From the human T2T-CHM13v2.0 reference genome, Homo sapiens, in the NCBI RefSeq assembly GCF_009914755.1, contig NC_060928.1: a stretch of 64,000 nt of DNA; one strand, written 5' to 3'. A program made the position numbers and the translations under genes. Positions 55,269 to 64,000 of this stretch are shown here, one piece after another. How positions within the stretch are numbered: position 1 is the stretch's first letter; each line of letters opens with the position of its first letter. The notes beneath the pieces were generated by a model. That model worked only from the letters and a program-made list of their open reading frames with translations. It did not search any database and was not told the origin of the DNA.

Positions 55269-57730
55269 TAGCATTTCAATATATCTCATCATTCAACTCT
55301 AGTAGGAATAGAGGTTCCTCCTGAGGACAAATGCATAAGACTCTGATAATGATCATACCACTTCACACTGTGCCTACACACCTGCCCCCAGACAGATTAT
55401 AAGAATAGATTCATGGACCACTTAAAGATAAATGTACACTACTAGATACATTCATTTAGGAGGTTGATAGTCTAGACACTGTATTTTTATCAATTTACTA
55501 CAGAGTCCCGAATTGTCAAATAAATAAAGTAATCCTGGAAGAGCATATACCTAGCTTTAGAACCAAATGCAGCCCAACTACTTTCATTCTCCAGGGGAGC
55601 TAGAGAGGAATGGTTCTCTGTGTGAACTCGAGGATTTATTTCCCTAGTGCTATACATTTTGACATCTCCCAGGAAGTTTTATGAAGTACCCCTGATTAAA
55701 TGTAGTTAGAGAAAAGAAGCTTCCTCTTTTAATCCTCCAGGAATCAGCTCTGTAATGGTATAGGGAGAAGTATTTGTACCCTTTTCAATATCCTCACACT
55801 GCAATTCTGGCCCAGGAATGAGTTTATTGTCATACCCAAGACTTGCGGGGAGCTCTCTTTCTGCCTTCTGTTCATCCTTCCCCATTGGGTGACTTTGTTA
55901 ATATTAGTGGTGAAAGCCTTTACTGGGCCTGATTTCACTAATAGACAAGAACCCTATCAACAGGTAAAATGACAGTGAGGCTTACATATAGTGTATCATT
56001 TTACTGTCTTTAATTTCTCGCTTTCATGGGACAAAACACACCCGCCATGGCTTGTTTTGCCAGTTTTGGATGGGCCAAGTACTTTCTTTTTTTTTCCGAA
56101 GTAAGGTAAGTGATGTAGCCACCCGGGCAGCTCACTAGCCTTGGAGTATGCCCAATAGGATTAGTCTTATCTCACAGTATATAGGGGGACCTGAGCAGAT
56201 GAATCTAAATTTTCATTTTAAAGTAAAAATTGGGGAGATGGCATTTTAATACCAAGTAAAAGCCATGTTTTCCAAACTAGCTTTGATTATGCTATACCTT
56301 TGTACCGGGGAATCCAAACTTAACACATTTTTTTTTCCTTCTATTAGTCCTTCTTTTACTGGGCATTACATATTTATTAATACAACAAAGTTTTCCCATT
56401 TAGCTATTTTCTTTGAGTGCATATCCTGTATTGGAAGAACACTGAAGTAGAGGAGAATTAAGGAACACCTCAAATTTATTATAGAGAGATAATACTCTGA
56501 TATCTGAATGGCAGTGATGTAAAGATTTTTCTTCTAGAGAGAGCAGGAGCAAGCAGAGTATCAACTCAATTGCCAAAGTTTTAGCAGGCTGTGTTAGCAA
56601 CACATAAGCTCATCAAAAATCCGTAAGACAAACATAGCAGGCAAAACATGTCTTGAATTAGGATTTTCTGTTTGCAAAACTCTGCATCAAGAGTACACCA
56701 AGATTCAGGTCATCCTGCAGGAAGAGTCCATGGTAGATAGATTTAAGAAATCCATGAGTTTGTCAGAGAAATTGGGAGAAGGAATTCACGAAGATTACTA
56801 GAAGTTTTCCTACTAAACTAGAATGTGAGCACTTAGAGAGTTTTTAATGACCTTATTCTGCATTCATAGTTTAGATATTTATATTCCTTAGAGTATTGAA
56901 ATAAAACTTATAATACAACAGTGACAAAAGGACATTTGTCCTAAAAATTATTTTATTGGCCATTTGTTTCACCCAACTTTGGGAATGAATGAGGAGAGGC
57001 AGTATCACCCCGCTAATAAAAAGTCATTCATTCAACAAGAGGCATAGCTAGAAGAACCTCACAATATAGTTTCCTTTTGCCTTATGCCATATTGACCCTG
57101 AAAAATTTCAAGTTGCTTTTTACTCCCAATATTTAAAATGCTAGAGGTCTGCTACATTTATAGCTGGACACAAGCCTTGAATTGTTAACCAGGCATCCCA
57201 TTCTTATAATTTTCTCATTATACTGTAATTTGTTGTGCACTTGGGAAAATTGTCAGAAATACCACATTAAATGACACTAAACATCTCTCAATGAGGTGAA
57301 TTATTACATACAGGATGATAGCAAAATATGTATGTGCACATAAGAATTTGCCCAGCAATGAACTTAAAGTATATGGTAAAAAATGTGTGGTTTTATTTGC
57401 AAAAGTTGGTTGTTTAATTATTCAAATTTTGTACAGGAGAAATATATTGACTGAGACTAAGTATCTTTTGAGTCAGACAAACCTTCATTTAAATTCCACT
57501 CTGCTTTCTACTGGGTGTTTGACTCAGAAAATTTCTTAATATTTCTGAATTTTTTCTCTTGTACATATAGTTTAAATAAGAGCTCACTGAATTAATTTCA
57601 GTGTAAAGAGAAGCTCTATGTAAAATATTGATCACTGTGCATTGTGAAGTATTCAATAAGAGTTTTATGTTATATATATATGTGTAATTGCACAAAGGTG
57701 ACAACTAAGTTGTATAATTCAATCATCACT

Positions 57731-57893
57731 TATTTTAGAGATGGCAACACACTATGTTGCCCATGCTGGAGTTTAGTAGCTATTCATAGACACAATCATA
57801 GAGCACTCTAGCCTGGAACTCTTGAGCTCAAGCCAACCCACTGCCTCATCCCGCTGAGTAGCAGGTATTACAGGCACACACCATAGCACCAAA
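57731..57893 (-). mobile_element. FAM (fossil Alu monomer)
   Basis: ACTATGTTGCCCATGCTGGAGTTTAGTAGCTATTCATAGACACAATCATAG: the 7SL-like GCTATTCAC segment retained in FAM. Flanking CAATCA repeats. Confidence 0.85.
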
Positions 57894-57904
57894 CAATCAC
57901 GTTT

Positions 57905-58495
57905 TTATTTCTAAAATATGTCAAGCACTGTGGAAACTTTAGGGATTAGAAGATAAATGAACATATTGTTTATAAGCTGACGGGAGAGACATGCATTAGG
58001 CAAATAATCATATTAGTCAATGTAAAATTACGGTTGCAATTAGTGATAAGAAAGAAATATATCAGGAGTTTTTATACTAAAGGTAATAAAATTAAATTAA
58101 TTTTTAAAATAGGCATATTGCTAAAATAGGTCTCTAGTATTTTAATATTTTCCTAAGAGCATAAGAAGTTAATAACATGTTTTAAAAAAGGTGATAATAG
58201 GATCAGTTGTTTGTTTCAAAATTACCTGTAATCACAGTCTGAGCAGCAGTTGTTGGGAAGACAAGAATAGATTAGGTGAGGCTAAATATCAAACAATTAC
58301 AATATTCTAGCATGAAGATGATGGCCGAATGTGGTTGTGAAAAATGAGAGGAGTCAAAATATTTCAGAAAAATTTATGACATAAATTGACTAAACGTGGT
58401 AATAAATGAATAAGGATGATGAAGGACAGGAATGTCAATGGCTCCCAGTTTTTTGACAAGCATAAGGAGATGGATAGTGGTGCCATTTCAACAGC
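57905..58495 (-). mobile_element. L2 3' fragment
   Basis: ATGTCAAGCACTGTG at the left; ATGGCTCCCAGTTTTTTGAC..GGATAGTGGTGCCATTT at the right. Confidence 0.65.
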
Positions 58496-58719
58496 ATCAA
58501 TAATAATTAAAAATGATAACAATGTATTTGGAAAAGTTAAAGGCTGAGCAATCAGTTTTATTCATCCTATCAAGACTAAACGTCTTTCAGAAATGTAACT
58601 TATGATTCAAAATGTGTTAGAACATGAAACAGTTGAATGTTGAGGAGGTGAGGAAAATGTTATTGTTTTCAATATTTTCTGATTCTGGAAATTGCAAAGG
58701 TCAAAAAGCTGTGGATAGT

Positions 58720-60480
58720 AGTTCTACTTCAAGATTTTGATGATCAAGATGTAGTTATAGGGATCAGATTTACCTCCCTTCTGAAAAAAATTAAAAATGT
58801 CAGGTAATGAGAAGCAATGGCTTTCAAGTCACTGGACTTCAGCCAAGATTAGTGATCCCTGAGAAGTGAGAAACAAACAAAATAAGTTTTGTCAGTATTC
58901 AAGCTTATAGGCTTTATAGGGTTTCCAGATGTGGTCCAGGGAAAGTGAACCTAGGCAGAGTCAAATGGGCATCCTGAGTTGAAGAGGCAGACCTGAAAGT
59001 ACAGAGACCAAGGTAGGTAAACTTTGGAGGAAAGAATACAGAAATGAGAAAAGAGGATAAGGAGAAAATTTCAGAAATCTAGAGAGAGTACCCCTCGAGC
59101 GTTCAGCTGTCTATTAGTAAGTCTGTAAGGGTAAGGAATTAAGCCTAAGGAAAGAAGCGCACAAACACATTTGGGGTAAAAGTAATCAGTAAGCATTCTG
59201 GGCTGGGAATAATGCCTTTTTCCATCGGTTAGACTGGAAAACTTCATAATACAGTGGCAGGTGGTATTACACAGCAGGACCCGAAAGAATAAAACTGTTT
59301 CCAAGAAACAACATCCCAAAACAAAGCTCTAAATTTGTATAATGATTTTAAGTTACCCAGCACTGAACAAGGCAAAAAAAATCACAAAGTCTAGTATACA
59401 AGAAAGACTTACAAAGAATACAAATAAATGAGAAAATGCAACTCATAATAATAAAAAATGATCAATTAAAAATTACCCAGAAATGATAAAGATTTTCAAA
59501 TTAGCAGATAATGACATTAAAGCAGTTATCATAACTCTATTCACAGCTCAAAAAGTTAAGCAGAGACATAGAAGATATTAAACAAATAAATAAATAAAAA
59601 TTCCAGTGATGAAATTAGAATGTGCAAGAGGAAAAATTCTCTGGGAGAGATTAATTAATTACCTATTAGACATTATAGAAGATATGATTAGTAAACTTAA
59701 AGACATCACAATAAAATTTTAAAAATAAAACAGAAATTAGAAAGAAATTTAAAATAAAAATAGAGATCAGTAACTGTGGTACATCTTCAAGTGCTCTAAT
59801 ATGTACATAATGGGAGACTTGAAAGAACAGGAAGAAGTAGAAATGGAAATATATATATGAATAAAAATTCGCTGAAAATTTTGAAATTTAAAAATATATA
59901 AATCTATATGTCCAAGGAGCTCAGTAGATGCTGGGCCCAAGGAACATATAAATAATACACCATGAAATATCATAATCAAATTGATCTAAGTTAGTGATAG
60001 TGAAAAAAAATCTCAAAATCAATCAGATCACATAGGGAAAATATATGGATGACTGAAAATCTGTAGTCAAAAACAATGCAAGATATCAACTTAGCAGGAT
60101 CTTTAAAGAACTGAAGGAAAATATGTCCACTAAGAGGGGTATATTGATGAAAAATTCCCTAAAATATTGTGGATGAAAAAATTTTTTTCCAATCATGCCA
60201 AAGATGCAATAATTTTCACTAGCATGACCTAACTATATGCTTCTTAAAAGAAGTATTAAGCAACATTTTTTAAAATTATTTAAACCTGTTTAAAAGATAA
60301 TTGTCTTTTCAAACAAAAATTAATGTATTTGGGGGTTATATCATATGTAAAATTAAAATGTCTGAACATATTACAAAGGAGGGAAGAAATAAAAGTATAG
60401 TATTATACAATACTTATACAATATAAAAAATATATCACAACCATCAAATGTAAGATGTTAATGTTACACATATTATATGC
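58720..60480 (+). mobile_element. Old L1M 5'UTR and ORF1 remnant
   Basis: 5' GGGATCAGATTTACCTCCC..GTGATCCCTGAGA; ORF1-type AATTAGCAGATAATGACATTAAAGCAGTTAT and CATAATCAAATTG. Confidence 0.72.
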
Positions 60481-60541
60481 ATATATAAAATTATACATTA
60501 TATAATCTTAATTTCATTTATAAAATGTAATAGGTATGCAA

Positions 60542-63310
<2,769 letters not shown>

Positions 63311-63339
63311 CTATGGATGGGAAAAAAGCAAGATAATAC

Positions 63340-64000
<661 letters not shown>

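Overview
This is AT-rich, CpG-poor primate genomic DNA (AluJ/S/Y and L1PA present, so most likely human or another catarrhine). It is intergenic or intronic and dominated by transposable-element fossils. I found no credible protein-coding gene, RNA gene or CRISPR array. The supplied ORFs are chance or repeat-derived, apart from a dead L1 ORF2 fragment at the right edge. Main contents: (1) a decayed class III (ERVL) provirus with recognisable gag, protease, RT and RNase H remnants ending in a MER77-like LTR (to ~8.3 kb); (2) two full-length THE1 MaLR elements with TSDs (13.5-15.7 kb and 40.9-43.2 kb); (3) a near full-length ~10 kb old L1 (22.2-32.4 kb) holding about ten nested insertions, including a twin-primed 5'-inverted L1; (4) about ten Alus, including an abutting tail-to-tail inverted pair; (5) a ~2.8 kb antisense, 3'UTR-like probable retrocopy of an unidentified mRNA (60.5-63.3 kb). 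The least routine signal is a recurring set of locally templated insertion and fold-back scars at 2.56, 5.29, 5.48, 9.0, 23.86 and 30.54 kb. I see no evidence for a new functional biological system. Repeat family names come from my recollection of consensus sequences, not from a database run, and old-element boundaries are approximate.
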